Source: Paenisporosarcina sp. (GTDB taxonomy: Bacteria > Bacillota > Bacilli > Bacillales_A > Planococcaceae). Taken from it: 64,000 nucleotides of DNA. The notes under the pieces are model-generated. The model ran no database searches. It worked only from the letters and a program-made list of their open reading frames with translations, and was not told the DNA's origin. The position numbers and the translations under genes were made by a program. Shown here one piece after another: positions 44,658-55,769 of this stretch. Location of the stretch: assembly GCF_049671445.1 (NCBI RefSeq), contig NZ_JBATUX010000021.1, positions 17,906 to 81,905 of the forward strand. Direction: 5' to 3'. Within the stretch, counting starts at the first letter, position 1; every line of letters begins with the position of its first letter.

Positions 44658-46181
44658 ATGAAGAAAAATTTGACCATTTCTGGTTTATTACTTATAATCG
44701 CGACCCTTATATTAAAATTTTCAGGGCTATTACGAGATATGGTTCTAGCCTATTATTTTGGAGATTCAAATGAAGCTAGTGCATATTTAGTAGCATTTAT
44801 ATTACCAAATATTTTTATTTTATTTTTTGCAACAGGCATGAAAAATAGTTTTGTACCTAGCTATATTTTGGCAGCTAAAAATAATAATGCCCAACATCAT
44901 TTTTCACAAGTATTGCGCGTTACTACACTGTTTGGCATCGCGGTTACAGCCATTGGCATTGCACTCTCACCAATCATCCTGCCTCGCATGTATCCCGACT
45001 TTAATGCAGATACGATACAACTTACGATTACCGTTGCAACGATCTTCTTTGTATCAATAACTTTTGCTGCGATGAATTCTGTTTATGAAGCTTATTTAGA
45101 TGCTGAAAGTCGATATTCTATTTCAGTTTTCTCACAAACCATTGTGATAACATCGTCTATCTTATCAGCCATATTATTTTCAGAACAACTTGGCGTTTAT
45201 GCTTTTGCGTATGGCTATTTAGTTGGAGCAATTCTCTCATTCGTCATAAAAAAATTATTCTTTATCCCTAAAAATTCTCATACTATTTTTGGCAAACTCG
45301 ACAAAAAAGAGATTCAGCCATTTGTCATGGTGTTTATTCCAGTAGCCATTACCGTGATGGTTGGTCAAGTGAATCTCATTATTGATACTATTTTTGCAGG
45401 ACAATTTGCAGAACAAGCCGTTTCTTATTTAAATTACGCTAAAAATATTGTGCATTTCCCTCAAGCTATAATCGGTGTCACGATTGGGACAATTATTTTC
45501 CCTGTCCTTTCGAAGGCAGTTGCTAATAAAGATGAACAACAATTTAACCGCAGTGTAGAAAAGGGATTAATTCTTACGCTGTTTTTATTACTTCCTGCAA
45601 TTGCCGGCATGATGATTTTAATGCAAGAGTTAATTGAAGTTATCTATCAACGTGGAGCATTCACTAAAACGGCCACAACGGCAACGGCAACTGTCGCTTA
45701 TTATTATGTTGGTTCAGTGTTATTTTTTAGTTTACAAAACACGATTAATAAAGCTTTTTATGCAAAGCAAAATGGGCATATAATTTTGCGTATTAGTATC
45801 TTTTCAGTATTTCTAAATATTGGACTCAACTTCTTATTTATATACTTGTTAAAATCATATATAGGGATACCATTAGCTTCTTCCGTTATGGCTGTCGTTT
45901 ATTTCGTTTTAAATATTATTGTCTATCAAAAAACGGAAACTCGTTTGAACTGGCCTTATTTAATGAAAAGCACAGGGAAAATCATACTTTCTTTAGGAAT
46001 TATGATTGCCGTTATTCTTTTAGCTGGAACTTTTTTGAAGGACCTGCATCCGATCGTTAACATCTTGATTACAAGTATAATTGGAGCAATCGTTTACCTA
46101 ACATCTAGCTACCTACTTAAAATCGATGTGTTTTCTGATGTAGTGAAGCGATTTACAAAGAGGAGTGTGCAAGCGAAGTGA
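44658..46181 (+). CDS. murJ: MurJ/MviN-family (MOP superfamily) lipid-linked glycan flippase
   Basis: ORF 44649-46181, start at ATG 44658. About 14 TM segments. N-terminus KFSGLLRDMVLAYYFGDSNEASAYLVAF is typical of MurJ. Confidence 0.82.
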   Translation: MKKNLTISGLLLIIATLILKFSGLLRDMVLAYYFGDSNEASAYLVAFILPNIFILFFATGMKNSFVPSYILAAKNNNAQHHFSQVLRVTTLFGIAVTAIGIALSPIILPRMYPDFNADTIQLTITVATIFFVSITFAAMNSVYEAYLDAESRYSISVFSQTIVITSSILSAILFSEQLGVYAFAYGYLVGAILSFVIKKLFFIPKNSHTIFGKLDKKEIQPFVMVFIPVAITVMVGQVNLIIDTIFAGQFAEQAVSYLNYAKNIVHFPQAIIGVTIGTIIFPVLSKAVANKDEQQFNRSVEKGLILTLFLLLPAIAGMMILMQELIEVIYQRGAFTKTATTATATVAYYYVGSVLFFSLQNTINKAFYAKQNGHIILRISIFSVFLNIGLNFLFIYLLKSYIGIPLASSVMAVVYFVLNIIVYQKTETRLNWPYLMKSTGKIILSLGIMIAVILLAGTFLKDLHPIVNILITSIIGAIVYLTSSYLLKIDVFSDVVKRFTKRSVQAK

Positions 46182-47059
46182 AACAACTACTCATGAAAGC
46201 AATAAATCCGCTGGCAATTCCGTTAACCAAAACTATTTTAAAACGTTTTTATTCAGGGAATCTGCCTGTTACTCAACTTGAACCAATACAAAATGTTGTC
46301 GTTTTTGCCCCCCATGTTGACGATGAAACAATCGGGCTTGGTGGTACGATTAAAAAGTACACGGATCAACAAACGAAGGTTCATATTGTCAATGTAACAG
46401 ATGGTGGGAAAAGTAATCGTCATGTCAGTAACTTATCTGACATTCGTAAACAAGAATTGAAATTGATTCAACCTATTCTTGGGATTACATCACTTTCATT
46501 TCTAGATTATCCAGATGGTCAAGTGAATACTATCCAGTCTTCTGAAGACTTTGTGAAAGTCTTAGAAGAGTTAAAACCCGAAATCGTCTATACAACCAGT
46601 TTTATTGACGCACATACGGATCATACTGCAACAGCTCATTTACTTGCAGATGCTTTAAAGAATTCAAAACACCAACCAAAATTGATTAGACAATATGAAA
46701 TCAATTGTCCTGTTCCCCCAGAATTTATTAACTGTGTGATTGATATTACGAATGAAAATAATACGAAGCTCCAAGCGATCACTTACTTTAAATCCCAAGT
46801 AATCGCATTTGATGGCTTTATCTTATTATCAAAACTCAAATCATCGATGGTTTCGAAAAACCTATCGAATGTTGAAACTTTTATTGAATCAACTGTTGAA
46901 GAGTTTATTACTCAGTCCGATTTTCTAAAATCTAAAAACCTAGTCGATTTTTCACAAGTCTTTAAACAAGCAAATCGTAGTTCGACATTATTACTCGCTA
47001 TATTCAAAAATTTAGACAAAAAACGAGAGATTTATAAACAACTTAAGAATCTTTCCTAA
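46178..47059 (+). CDS. PIG-L/LmbE-family N-acetylglucosaminyl deacetylase
   Basis: 293 aa. Motif VVFAPHVDDETIGLGGT plus a downstream HTDH. GTGA overlap with the murJ stop. Confidence 0.82.
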   Translation: MKQLLMKAINPLAIPLTKTILKRFYSGNLPVTQLEPIQNVVVFAPHVDDETIGLGGTIKKYTDQQTKVHIVNVTDGGKSNRHVSNLSDIRKQELKLIQPILGITSLSFLDYPDGQVNTIQSSEDFVKVLEELKPEIVYTTSFIDAHTDHTATAHLLADALKNSKHQPKLIRQYEINCPVPPEFINCVIDITNENNTKLQAITYFKSQVIAFDGFILLSKLKSSMVSKNLSNVETFIESTVEEFITQSDFLKSKNLVDFSQVFKQANRSSTLLLAIFKNLDKKREIYKQLKNLS

Positions 47060-47072
47060 AACGGAGGTCCCT

Positions 47073-48539
47073 ATGCGACAAAATTATAACAAGTATTTAC
47101 CTTATATATGGCCAGGTGTTCTGGTTATTTTCCTATTAGCTGCTTATAGTATGAACTCCATACTAGGTTACTTAGTTTCATTCGTGCTTTTCATTGTAGC
47201 TTTAGCAAGTCCGAAAAAAGCAATATTATTACTTCTATTGTATGTACCGATTCGACCGTTTCTCATAGAGTTTAATCCGTCACTACGGTTAGCTGGAGAT
47301 TTGATGATTGCTGGTGCGTTCCTTAACGTGGTATGGCAATCTCGTCATAACCTTCGCTCCCTTTTATCATTCCATGTGTTTGAGTACGGATATTTCGCCT
47401 TTTTAATCATTGGTTCATTTTCGGCAATTGTTAATAGAATCGAAATAGGACCTATAGTACTTCAATTACGAGCGTTTATTATATTTTATTTAATTTATTA
47501 CATCGTTAAGAGACTTGATATTAAAAAAGAAGATATTATACAAGTTTTGCATGTTTTCATTTGGACAACTCTTTTAATTATCATCCAAGCGTTAATAGAA
47601 AAATTATCAATCAGAGGGCTTTTCATGCCAGAAGCATGGAAACAACTGCCCCTATCATCTAAGAATCGAGTTCGAATTTATGGAATGGTTGGAAATCCAA
47701 ATGTTTTAGGCATTTATCTTGGATTTGCTTACTTCTTATTCTATTATGCGAAAAAATACATTTTGCAATACAACAAAGTATGGATGCAAATTTTACAATA
47801 CGTAACAATCGGGATTTTTGTGTTAACGTATTCTCGTGGAACGTGGATTGGATTCTTCATCATTGCATTGGTTTATGTTATTGCTTCGCGCAATTTCGTC
47901 TTATTTAAAACCATTGTCATGCAAGTAGCCATTGCGCTTGTTGTTATTGTCTTACCAATTAACCTTCTAACGAATTTCATTGAAGACACTTCCATTGGTC
48001 AAGAAAAAGTACAAAATATACAGAAATTTGATGTTGGTGGCAGCTCAGGCTTTGTTGATCGAGTTGGTAGCACATTTAGTGACGATACCATCACAGGTAG
48101 TCAAAGTTCAGGACGTCTCTTTATTGTAAAAAAAGGCTTCGAAGTCTTTAAAGATTACCCGATTATGGGTACAGGCTTCTCAACTTTTGGCGATTCAGCG
48201 TCTCTTTCACGTATTTCACCTATCTCAGCAAAATACGAGATTGATAGAACGTTCTATTCAGACAATCAGTACATTCAAATCATCGTTCAAACTGGAATAC
48301 TTGGTGTAATAAGCTTTGCAGTATTCTTGCTTGGCATGTTAGTTGCATTAGTAAAAATTAAGCGCTCAAAACTTACAAAACTCATGATTGGTATTGTTTT
48401 CGGAGCTTTCTTTATGGGGCTTGTGTATAACTTATGGGAAGCAGATGTTTTTACCTTACTATTCTTTGCTTTCCTAGCTGTCACTTTAAATGGTCAGTCT
48501 AAATTCCAATCAATTCACGAAGACCTTACAAGGAGTTGA
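47073..48539 (+). CDS. O-antigen ligase/polymerase-like (Wzy_C) polytopic membrane protein
   Basis: 488 aa, more than 10 TM segments. Central Wzy_C-like segment (LTYSRGTWIGFFIIAL) and a large external loop. Confidence 0.78.
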   Translation: MRQNYNKYLPYIWPGVLVIFLLAAYSMNSILGYLVSFVLFIVALASPKKAILLLLLYVPIRPFLIEFNPSLRLAGDLMIAGAFLNVVWQSRHNLRSLLSFHVFEYGYFAFLIIGSFSAIVNRIEIGPIVLQLRAFIIFYLIYYIVKRLDIKKEDIIQVLHVFIWTTLLIIIQALIEKLSIRGLFMPEAWKQLPLSSKNRVRIYGMVGNPNVLGIYLGFAYFLFYYAKKYILQYNKVWMQILQYVTIGIFVLTYSRGTWIGFFIIALVYVIASRNFVLFKTIVMQVAIALVVIVLPINLLTNFIEDTSIGQEKVQNIQKFDVGGSSGFVDRVGSTFSDDTITGSQSSGRLFIVKKGFEVFKDYPIMGTGFSTFGDSASLSRISPISAKYEIDRTFYSDNQYIQIIVQTGILGVISFAVFLLGMLVALVKIKRSKLTKLMIGIVFGAFFMGLVYNLWEADVFTLLFFAFLAVTLNGQSKFQSIHEDLTRS

Positions 48540-49450
48540 GAGAATTGATTCGTACTTACTTAGCAGGTGATGAGGCAGGTATTAATGCTTTGTTTGGAGC
48601 CGTTTTCTCAAAAAAACGTTCATTAACAGAGTGGCAATGGAAATTCGAAACACTCGGTTCTCACTTACCGATTATTATTGTGGCAGAGGAAGATGATCAA
48701 ATAGTTGGTCACGCTGCATGCTTGTTATTTGAAGGAAGTAATGTGGACGGTTCCCCTATTCTAATTGGGGAACGTGTTGACATTATGGTTCATCCTGATT
48801 ATCAAGGCCGAGGCATCTATCAAAAAATTGTCAAAGCGCTTATTGAAGATAGTGAACGCCAAAACGTAGCTTATTTATACGGCTTTCCAGCAGAAAAAGC
48901 CAAAAATATCTTTATTAAAATGGCACATGCAACTGACTTAGGAAACATTAACCGCTATGTTTCTATGAATTTACCAAGTTTACGTAAAAAACGCACTCAC
49001 CAATTGATGAAAACATTGTCCGAAACAGATTTAATAAAAATGTCTAATGTTAAAGGTACATCTGCTATTCATGTAAACCGTTCCCTGGCATTTTTAACAA
49101 GTCGCTATATGAAACATCCAACAATCGATTACTATGTATATCAATCAGATTCAGCCTATATTATTTACCGACTCGATTACTTGAAATCAGTCATTCCTGT
49201 TTATACAATTGTGGATATTTTAGCTGATGATGAACTTTCAATTGTAAAAAGCTTTAAAAAATCTTTAGGGACTGGCATTGTTTCAACTTGGGGCATACCG
49301 AATACCCCACTTGAAGCAGCACTTGTCAAAACGGGATTTAAGGTCCATTCAAGTCCTATGCCATTTGTGGTGAAAACTTTAACTGCTCATGATTATGGAC
49401 AAGAATTTAACAATTGGCGAATTCTACAAGGCGATGTTGATTCTTTTTAA
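48536..49450 (+). CDS. GNAT-family acetyltransferase (two-domain, about 300 aa)
   Basis: 304 aa with acetyl-CoA motif A (VHPDYQGRGIYQKIVKALIE). The start may instead be TTG 48545, which has better spacing from AAGGAG. Confidence 0.7.
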   Translation: MRELIRTYLAGDEAGINALFGAVFSKKRSLTEWQWKFETLGSHLPIIIVAEEDDQIVGHAACLLFEGSNVDGSPILIGERVDIMVHPDYQGRGIYQKIVKALIEDSERQNVAYLYGFPAEKAKNIFIKMAHATDLGNINRYVSMNLPSLRKKRTHQLMKTLSETDLIKMSNVKGTSAIHVNRSLAFLTSRYMKHPTIDYYVYQSDSAYIIYRLDYLKSVIPVYTIVDILADDELSIVKSFKKSLGTGIVSTWGIPNTPLEAALVKTGFKVHSSPMPFVVKTLTAHDYGQEFNNWRILQGDVDSF

Positions 49451-49575
49451 ATAGGCTATGTTAAATATTGCTGTTGATATTCCGCAAAACAGTTACGCTT
49501 TGCGCTAGCTTTGAAACATGAAAGTGCGTTGGAACGAAAATCAACAATAACGTTTGATTGAGCCTTTAAATACAC

Positions 49576-49611
49576 AAAAAGCCCGATGACAGGAAACTGT
49601 CATCGGGCTTT
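49576..49611. terminator. Bidirectional intrinsic terminator between the GNAT gene and the 5'-nucleotidase gene
   Basis: AAAGCCCGATGACAG / GAAA / CTGTCATCGGGCTTT. Confidence 0.85.
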
Positions 49612-49623
49612 CCTTGTTAATTC

Positions 49624-52083
49624 TTATTCATAAATTGCGTAATATGTGTCATCAGAAATGACAGATTTACCACCTGTTACGATATATGTCGCTGAAGGGT
49701 TTTCATCAACATATTCTTTAACTACTGTAGGAAGTCCTTTAGGGCTAACTAACAATACAGGTGCATTATATTTTGCTGCTAAAACGCCTCCAGTTAAAGC
49801 ATCAGCAAAGCCAGTACCACTTGCTACTAGTGTAGCCCAAGCATCAGCATGGAATGCTTCAGCAACAGCAACCGAAGTTTCATAACGAGTGTTACCGAAG
49901 ATACGCGTCGGTAATGGTAGTGCTTTTTCAACAGCTTCACTAACTGCACCTTCTCCACCAATAACAAATGTTTTATCCACATTAGCTAAAGCAGTAGCCG
50001 TTGCTGCAGGAATACTATTAGTACGAGTTAAAAGAATTGGTGTTGCCGATTGTGCTGCATAAGATCCGATTGATAAAGCATCTGGATAGTTTAAGCCAGA
50101 AACAACAATCGCTTCTTCAGGGTTACCAAGCTCGCGAGCTACTTTAGCAGCTGTTTCATAGCGATCTGCACCTGCAATACGGCGAACTGAAATACCCATA
50201 TCATATAAACTGTCCATGACTTCTTTAGAAATCGCTTTAGCTCCACCCATCACGACAACTTTTTTCGTACCTAAACGTGTTAATTCTTCCATAACGCTTG
50301 CTGGAAGTGAATTCGTTTTTGTTAATAGAATTGGAGAGTTGAAAGAGTATGCTAATGGACCAGCAGTCATGGAATCAGCAAACTCATCACCACGAGCGAT
50401 AACAACAGTTTCAGCTGACTTAAATCCAGCTTTTGAAATTTCTACTGCCGTTTCATAACGTGACATACCAGACAAACGAACTTGATTAATACGACCTTCA
50501 CGCTCAGTATCGATTGATTCTAGACCTTGAATATAGTTAATGAATGTTTCCCAGTCAACATTACCTGGCTCACTAACTAATCCCTTGTCATAAGCGGATT
50601 TAAACATTGAGTAACCATCTCCACCTTTAGCAGTGAAAGAGTTTGTAGCTACTTTATATGTTTTTTCTGGATCTAAGAATGTTAAGCCACCTTCTTCATC
50701 TTGAATGAAAGCAGGAAGAACACGACTACCAGCTTCTTGTGTATTATCATAATTCACAACTAAACCTGCGACATGTAGAAATGCACCAGATTCTTTAGGA
50801 GCTTGGCTAACACTATGCTCAAGTGCCGCATAAATATCTTCACCTGTTAATTCCATAATAGCTAGTGTATTTCCGAAAGGCATAACTGTTAGAACTTCAC
50901 CAACAGTAATATCACCTGTATCAATTGATGCACGAATTCCGCCACCATTTTGAACAGCAATCACGGTTTCTGCGTCAATCTTTTTCGCAGCATCCAACAT
51001 GCCGTCAGTTATTAAGTTACCAAGATTTGTCTCTCCAGTACGAACGCTTCCACGTTCACCATCTAATACTACTGATGTAGAAACACCTGTTGATTCGTTT
51101 TTCACTTCAGCAACTTCGTCTGCATAAGGTTTTAAAATCGCAGCAGCAGCTTCATCTGCAGATGCATCTGCTACAGTGTGTAAAAGTGATGTTTGGCTAG
51201 TAATTTCACCGGCATCGTTAAACGTAACATCTAATTCACCTAAGAATTTATTGTATTCATTAGCTTGAACAATAATTGTATCCGCAGAACCTGAACGATC
51301 AATTAATTTACCACCCTCAAGTTTCGAGTGAGTATGACCTCCAACAATGATATCAATTTCAGGTACTGCTTCTGCTAATGCTAAATCGTTATCATATGCA
51401 TCATCGAACCCTAAATGAGTTAAAGCAACGATTTTATTAACATTTTGTCCTTTTAAGTAAGTAACTGCAGCTTTAGCCTCTGCAATATAATTAGTAAATT
51501 TTACAGCTTTAGGACTTGAAATAAATTCTGTTTCTGCTGTTGTCAAACCGAATATTCCGACTTTTTCGCCGTCAATTTCTTTAATGATTCCATCAAAAAT
51601 TTCTCCTGCTTCATCATTTCCACCAAAGCCAACGTTTTGTAATCCTGCAAATAACGGATCAGCAGCAAAATTAGTATTAGCACTAATTAACGGAAACTCT
51701 GCATTTTTTACAAAGTCTGCTAGTGCTTTATGTCCATCTGCAGAATCACCTAAATCAAACTCGTGATTTCCAAAAGTCATAGCATCGTAGTTCATCATAT
51801 TCATAAACTCTAAATCTGCTTGTCCTTTGAAAGTGTTAAAGTATAAAGTTCCAGAGAATACGTCGCCAGCATCTACTAATAGATTATTAGGGTTTTCTTC
51901 GCGTAACTTGTTGACTAATGTTACCTTTTTAGCAATATTGTCTAAATTGGCATGAGTATCATTTGAATGTATTACGGTTAATGAAAAATCTTCTGCTGCT
52001 TTTACCGTAACTGGAGCACTAACATTGAATAAACTAGCTGTTAGCGTGGCTGCAGTTAAGGCAGTTACGAATTTTTTGTTCAT
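49624..52083 (-). CDS. Secreted 5'-nucleotidase / 2',3'-cyclic phosphodiesterase-type metallophosphoesterase with three C-terminal CWB2 repeats
   Basis: 819 aa with a signal peptide. Calcineurin-like motifs (HSNDTH, GDVFSG, GNHEFD, GGHTHS), a 5'-nucleotidase C-domain, then 3 x CWB2 (LSGMSRYETAV..., IAGADRYETAA..., IFGNTRYETSV...). Confidence 0.9.
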   Translation of the reverse strand: MNKKFVTALTAATLTASLFNVSAPVTVKAAEDFSLTVIHSNDTHANLDNIAKKVTLVNKLREENPNNLLVDAGDVFSGTLYFNTFKGQADLEFMNMMNYDAMTFGNHEFDLGDSADGHKALADFVKNAEFPLISANTNFAADPLFAGLQNVGFGGNDEAGEIFDGIIKEIDGEKVGIFGLTTAETEFISSPKAVKFTNYIAEAKAAVTYLKGQNVNKIVALTHLGFDDAYDNDLALAEAVPEIDIIVGGHTHSKLEGGKLIDRSGSADTIIVQANEYNKFLGELDVTFNDAGEITSQTSLLHTVADASADEAAAAILKPYADEVAEVKNESTGVSTSVVLDGERGSVRTGETNLGNLITDGMLDAAKKIDAETVIAVQNGGGIRASIDTGDITVGEVLTVMPFGNTLAIMELTGEDIYAALEHSVSQAPKESGAFLHVAGLVVNYDNTQEAGSRVLPAFIQDEEGGLTFLDPEKTYKVATNSFTAKGGDGYSMFKSAYDKGLVSEPGNVDWETFINYIQGLESIDTEREGRINQVRLSGMSRYETAVEISKAGFKSAETVVIARGDEFADSMTAGPLAYSFNSPILLTKTNSLPASVMEELTRLGTKKVVVMGGAKAISKEVMDSLYDMGISVRRIAGADRYETAAKVARELGNPEEAIVVSGLNYPDALSIGSYAAQSATPILLTRTNSIPAATATALANVDKTFVIGGEGAVSEAVEKALPLPTRIFGNTRYETSVAVAEAFHADAWATLVASGTGFADALTGGVLAAKYNAPVLLVSPKGLPTVVKEYVDENPSATYIVTGGKSVISDDTYYAIYE

Positions 52084-52389
52084 TGTCCACCATCCTATTT
52101 TTATTAGGAATCATTTTCTGATTCAAATTTACTATAGCAAAAAATAATAGTTTACATGATAAGACTATGTAAATTTTATGTAAATTCAAAATGAAAGCGT
52201 TCCCACACAGTATTATTTTACCAATATTTTCTCTCTATCTCAAGTATTATTTTTTTAATAGTTAAAAAGCTTAATTGAATTTTTGTTACAAGCCTAGGAA
52301 TTTCACCATAGAAAAAAGTCTTATTGCATTTTATAAAATACAATAAGACTTCTCTTATATAGTTTAAATGTTGATTAAATATTTAGTAG

Positions 52390-52872
52390 TTACTTAATTA
52401 CTTTCGCAACTCGTTTCGCACCTATATATTTTGAACCCCAGTAATAAGGATCATTAATTTTGGCAACTGAAACACCTTTACTTGAAGAGGAATGAACGAA
52501 CTTTCCTTTACCGATATAAATCCCTGCATGAGAAACACCTTTACCAGATGTATTAAAGAAAACTAAATCGCCTGTTTTAAGATTTTTCTTTGAAACTTTT
52601 TTACCCGTTTTGTACATAGCACCAGATGTTCTAGGCAATTTGACGCCAACTTTTTTATAAACATAACCAATAAATCCAGAACAATCAAAGCCTTTTGTTG
52701 TAGTTCCGCCATAAACATATTTTGTACCCATTACTTTATTAGCAGCTGATACCACTTGTGAAGATTTAATTCCACTTGCTGCATCCGCTTGGTTACCTAA
52801 AGGTGCAAGAACTAAAAATAAAGCAATCGTTAACATAGAAATGACTTTAAACAACTGAGACTGAACTGTCAT
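52390..52872 (-). CDS. Secreted NlpC/P60 (C40) cell-wall peptidase
   Basis: 160 aa with a signal peptide. Catalytic Cys in GFDCSGFIGYVY and His in SHAGIYIG. Confidence 0.9.
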   Translation of the reverse strand: MTVQSQLFKVISMLTIALFLVLAPLGNQADAASGIKSSQVVSAANKVMGTKYVYGGTTTKGFDCSGFIGYVYKKVGVKLPRTSGAMYKTGKKVSKKNLKTGDLVFFNTSGKGVSHAGIYIGKGKFVHSSSSKGVSVAKINDPYYWGSKYIGAKRVAKVIK

Positions 52873-53311
52873 AAAATAGAATCCTCCGATTACGCCAATG
52901 GCTATAATTTTTCTGATAACTTAATATTCTTATCTTATCACTTACTAAACCTTTTTAACTTTACAGTTATGTAACAATTAAATTACCTTTTGTGACAATT
53001 ATTAGACATAATGTAACAAAGCTGAAACATTGTTTTGACCAAAAAAACCAGCTATTTTAAAAACTTAAAGTTTTCTTTTTTCACTTATTCTTTTTTTACA
53101 AGTTGATATACCTGACTTTGTCTAACAAATACAGCTTAAAAAAGAGCAATATAGTAATACTTGACTCTACAATCTATTATTGATTTTCACATATTTTGTC
53201 TTCTTTTATATTTACGAAATCTTGATAAACTCTTAACAAAAGAGTATAATTGAGTAATGTTATGTGTAGAAAAACAATACTTAGTTTCACTAGAAATGGA
53301 GGTGATATCTT

Positions 53312-54076
53312 ATGACTCAAGATAAAGTAATGATTTTGGATATGCCAATTGATAATATGTCAAAACATAAATTAATAGATATTGTGGACAAAGAACTAGA
53401 ATTACAACAAAAGAATTTGTTTATTGTTACAGCTAATCCTGAAATCATCATGAGTGCAAAGAAATCACCTTCATATAAAAAATCAGTTTTACAAGCTGAT
53501 TTTATTGTACCTGATGGTTCAGGAGTGATGATGGCTTCTGACATATTGCTCGATCCTTTACAAGAAAAAATCACTGGGTATGATCTTGTTCACAGTTTTC
53601 TTTCTTATGCAAATGACAAAAGCAAATCAGTTTACTTCTTTGGCTCAAAAGAAGGGGTAGCTGTAGATGCCGCTATTAAGTCTAGTAAACTCTATCCGAA
53701 TGTTCGAATAGCTGGAACGAAAGATGGTTATTCAGGTCTTGGATTAGATATCGCTGAAGAAATTGCGGCAACACAACCTGATTTTATATTTATAGGGCTT
53801 GGTGCACCGTTACAAGAAAAATGGGCAGCCGATTATAAACACTTATTTCCTAACTCAATCCTGATGGGTGTTGGCGGAAGCTTTGATGTTTTATCAGGTA
53901 ATACGAAACGTGCTCCACAATTTTGGATTAATCACAATTTAGAATGGATGTATCGTTTAATTACGCAACCTGTCCGAGGCAAGCGAATGCTTCAATTGCC
54001 TCTTTTTGTAGCAGAAGTGTACAAGCAAAAATGGTCTCATCGCAAAGTTTATGTAAAACGTGAAAGACATATATAA
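53312..54076 (+). CDS. tagA: WecB/TagA/CpsF-family N-acetylmannosaminyltransferase
   Basis: 254 aa. Pattern TANPEI...DFIVPDGSGV...LGAPLQEKW...GVGGSFDVLSG. Confidence 0.9.
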   Translation: MTQDKVMILDMPIDNMSKHKLIDIVDKELELQQKNLFIVTANPEIIMSAKKSPSYKKSVLQADFIVPDGSGVMMASDILLDPLQEKITGYDLVHSFLSYANDKSKSVYFFGSKEGVAVDAAIKSSKLYPNVRIAGTKDGYSGLGLDIAEEIAATQPDFIFIGLGAPLQEKWAADYKHLFPNSILMGVGGSFDVLSGNTKRAPQFWINHNLEWMYRLITQPVRGKRMLQLPLFVAEVYKQKWSHRKVYVKRERHI

Positions 54077-54117
54077 AAAAATCCAGTAAGCGTCATAAGA
54101 CGTTTACTGGATTTTTT
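54076..54117. terminator. Bidirectional terminator between tagA and tagH (overlaps the tagH 3' end)
   Basis: AAAAAAATCCAGTAA / loop / TTACTGGATTTTTT. Confidence 0.75.
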
Positions 54118-54913
54118 CTGTTTTCAGCGACTGTCTATTAAGTGCCGCATTTCGATATTTCTTCTTTTGAGCTTTAGTCATTGACTTATACTCTTCCAAA
54201 AATAACTCGTAGTTTTTTAATACTTCGCTCGCTTTTCCATACTCTTTAACAACGCCAAATTCTAACCACAGTATTTGTTCACAAAACTTTTTCATCTGAG
54301 AAATGGAATGACTTACAAAAAACATAGTTTTCCCTTTTGCTTTAAACTCCATCATTTTCTCTAGACTTTTCTCAGCAAATGCTTTATCCCCAACAGACAA
54401 AGCTTCATCAATGATTAAAATATCAGGATTTACACGAACGGATATGGAGAAACCTAATCGGGATTTCATACCGCTGGAATACGTTTTCACCGGTTGATCA
54501 ATGAACTTCTCTAGCTCAGCAAATTCAATAATTTCTTCTTCCATTGCTGCGATTTCTTTTTTAGAAAACCCTAGCATTAGAAGCTTAAGTTCGATGTTTT
54601 CTCTTCCTGACAACGAATTATCCAAACCAGCATTAACCGCGATTAGTGCCACGTTTCCTTGAATGTTAACTTCTCCAGTTGTAGTAGGGATAACACCCGC
54701 AATAATATTTGCAAGTGTCGACTTTCCTGAACCGTTAATACCGACTAGTCCTATAATTGACCCTTGTTCGACATTAAACGAAACATTTTGGAGTGCAAAA
54801 AAGTCTTCACCATATTCTTTATGAGGAAGAATTAAATCAAGAATACGTTCCGATTTTTTCTTATAAAGTTTATATCTCTTATAGACATTCTTAACTTCGA
54901 CAGTGTTGACCAT
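54104..54913 (-). CDS. tagH: Teichoic acid export ABC transporter ATP-binding protein
   Basis: ORF 54104-54922, start at ATG 54913. Walker A GINGSGKST, signature YSSGMKSRL, Walker B LIIDEALS. Confidence 0.9.
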   Translation of the reverse strand: MVNTVEVKNVYKRYKLYKKKSERILDLILPHKEYGEDFFALQNVSFNVEQGSIIGLVGINGSGKSTLANIIAGVIPTTTGEVNIQGNVALIAVNAGLDNSLSGRENIELKLLMLGFSKKEIAAMEEEIIEFAELEKFIDQPVKTYSSGMKSRLGFSISVRVNPDILIIDEALSVGDKAFAEKSLEKMMEFKAKGKTMFFVSHSISQMKKFCEQILWLEFGVVKEYGKASEVLKNYELFLEEYKSMTKAQKKKYRNAALNRQSLKTEKIQ

Positions 54914-54930
54914 GCGTATCACTTCCAGTT

Positions 54931-55737
54931 TTAAAGGAAATCAATAAATTGACTTCTGAATTTCACGTGCAAATAAGAACCCACAATAAAAGTTAAACTC
55001 GTTATCGCGATAAAGTATAAAGTATAAAGGGGATTTTCAAGGAAATACCAGCCTTGTCCTAATAATGAATAGCGATACCCTTCAACGATATAATAGAATG
55101 GATTCAACTTCACCCAAAATTGAAAGGAATCAGGTAACAAAGTTGGTGGCCATAGTATAGGTGACAAATATAATAACATTCGCATAACGGATTGCAATAA
55201 CATTTGTACATCGCGAGCTATCGTCGTCAATGTTGATGTAATGAGTGAAAGACTAAATAAAAACATCAGTAATGCAACGATATATAAAGGCAATTGCAAA
55301 TAGTAGATGGAAATTGGAAAACCTACAAATTGCAGTAATAACATTCCCACCGCTAAGAGAATCAGATGGGGATAAAATTGAGAAAAAATAACATAATTCG
55401 GAATAACACTCATTGGAAAGTTCATTTTAGACAACATTCGAATCTTACTATAAATTGATTTGGAAGCTTTCATTACACTTTGATTAATGAAAAACCATAC
55501 CAAAATCCCAGCAAACATCCATTGAAAATACGGAATATCTCCAATGGCCTCTCGCTGTCGAATCCCATATCCAAACACGAACCAATAAATTAATATCTGG
55601 ATAGCTGGATTAATAATTTCCCAAGCTGCTCCAAGGTAATTACCACTTGTCAAACTCCTTAATTCATATATAGAAAGTCTCCAAACTAAATAGAAAAATT
55701 GATATTGTTCTTTCAGAATTTTAATTGCTGATTTCAT
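54931..55737 (-). CDS. tagG: Teichoic acid export ABC-2 permease
   Basis: 268 aa, 6 TM segments, ABC-2 type. Immediately upstream of tagH. Confidence 0.9.
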   Translation of the reverse strand: MKSAIKILKEQYQFFYLVWRLSIYELRSLTSGNYLGAAWEIINPAIQILIYWFVFGYGIRQREAIGDIPYFQWMFAGILVWFFINQSVMKASKSIYSKIRMLSKMNFPMSVIPNYVIFSQFYPHLILLAVGMLLLQFVGFPISIYYLQLPLYIVALLMFLFSLSLITSTLTTIARDVQMLLQSVMRMLLYLSPILWPPTLLPDSFQFWVKLNPFYYIVEGYRYSLLGQGWYFLENPLYTLYFIAITSLTFIVGSYLHVKFRSQFIDFL

Positions 55738-55769
55738 TCTATATCCTCACCTACTCAAAATTTATCATA

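Noticed and set aside
52873-53311. Possible riboswitch (for example the c-di-AMP/ydaO type) upstream of the NlpC/P60 gene, or GEMM upstream of pgaC (61035-61335)
   Set aside because: Reading both leaders shows only AT-rich sequence, without the conserved GC-rich cores of those RNA families.
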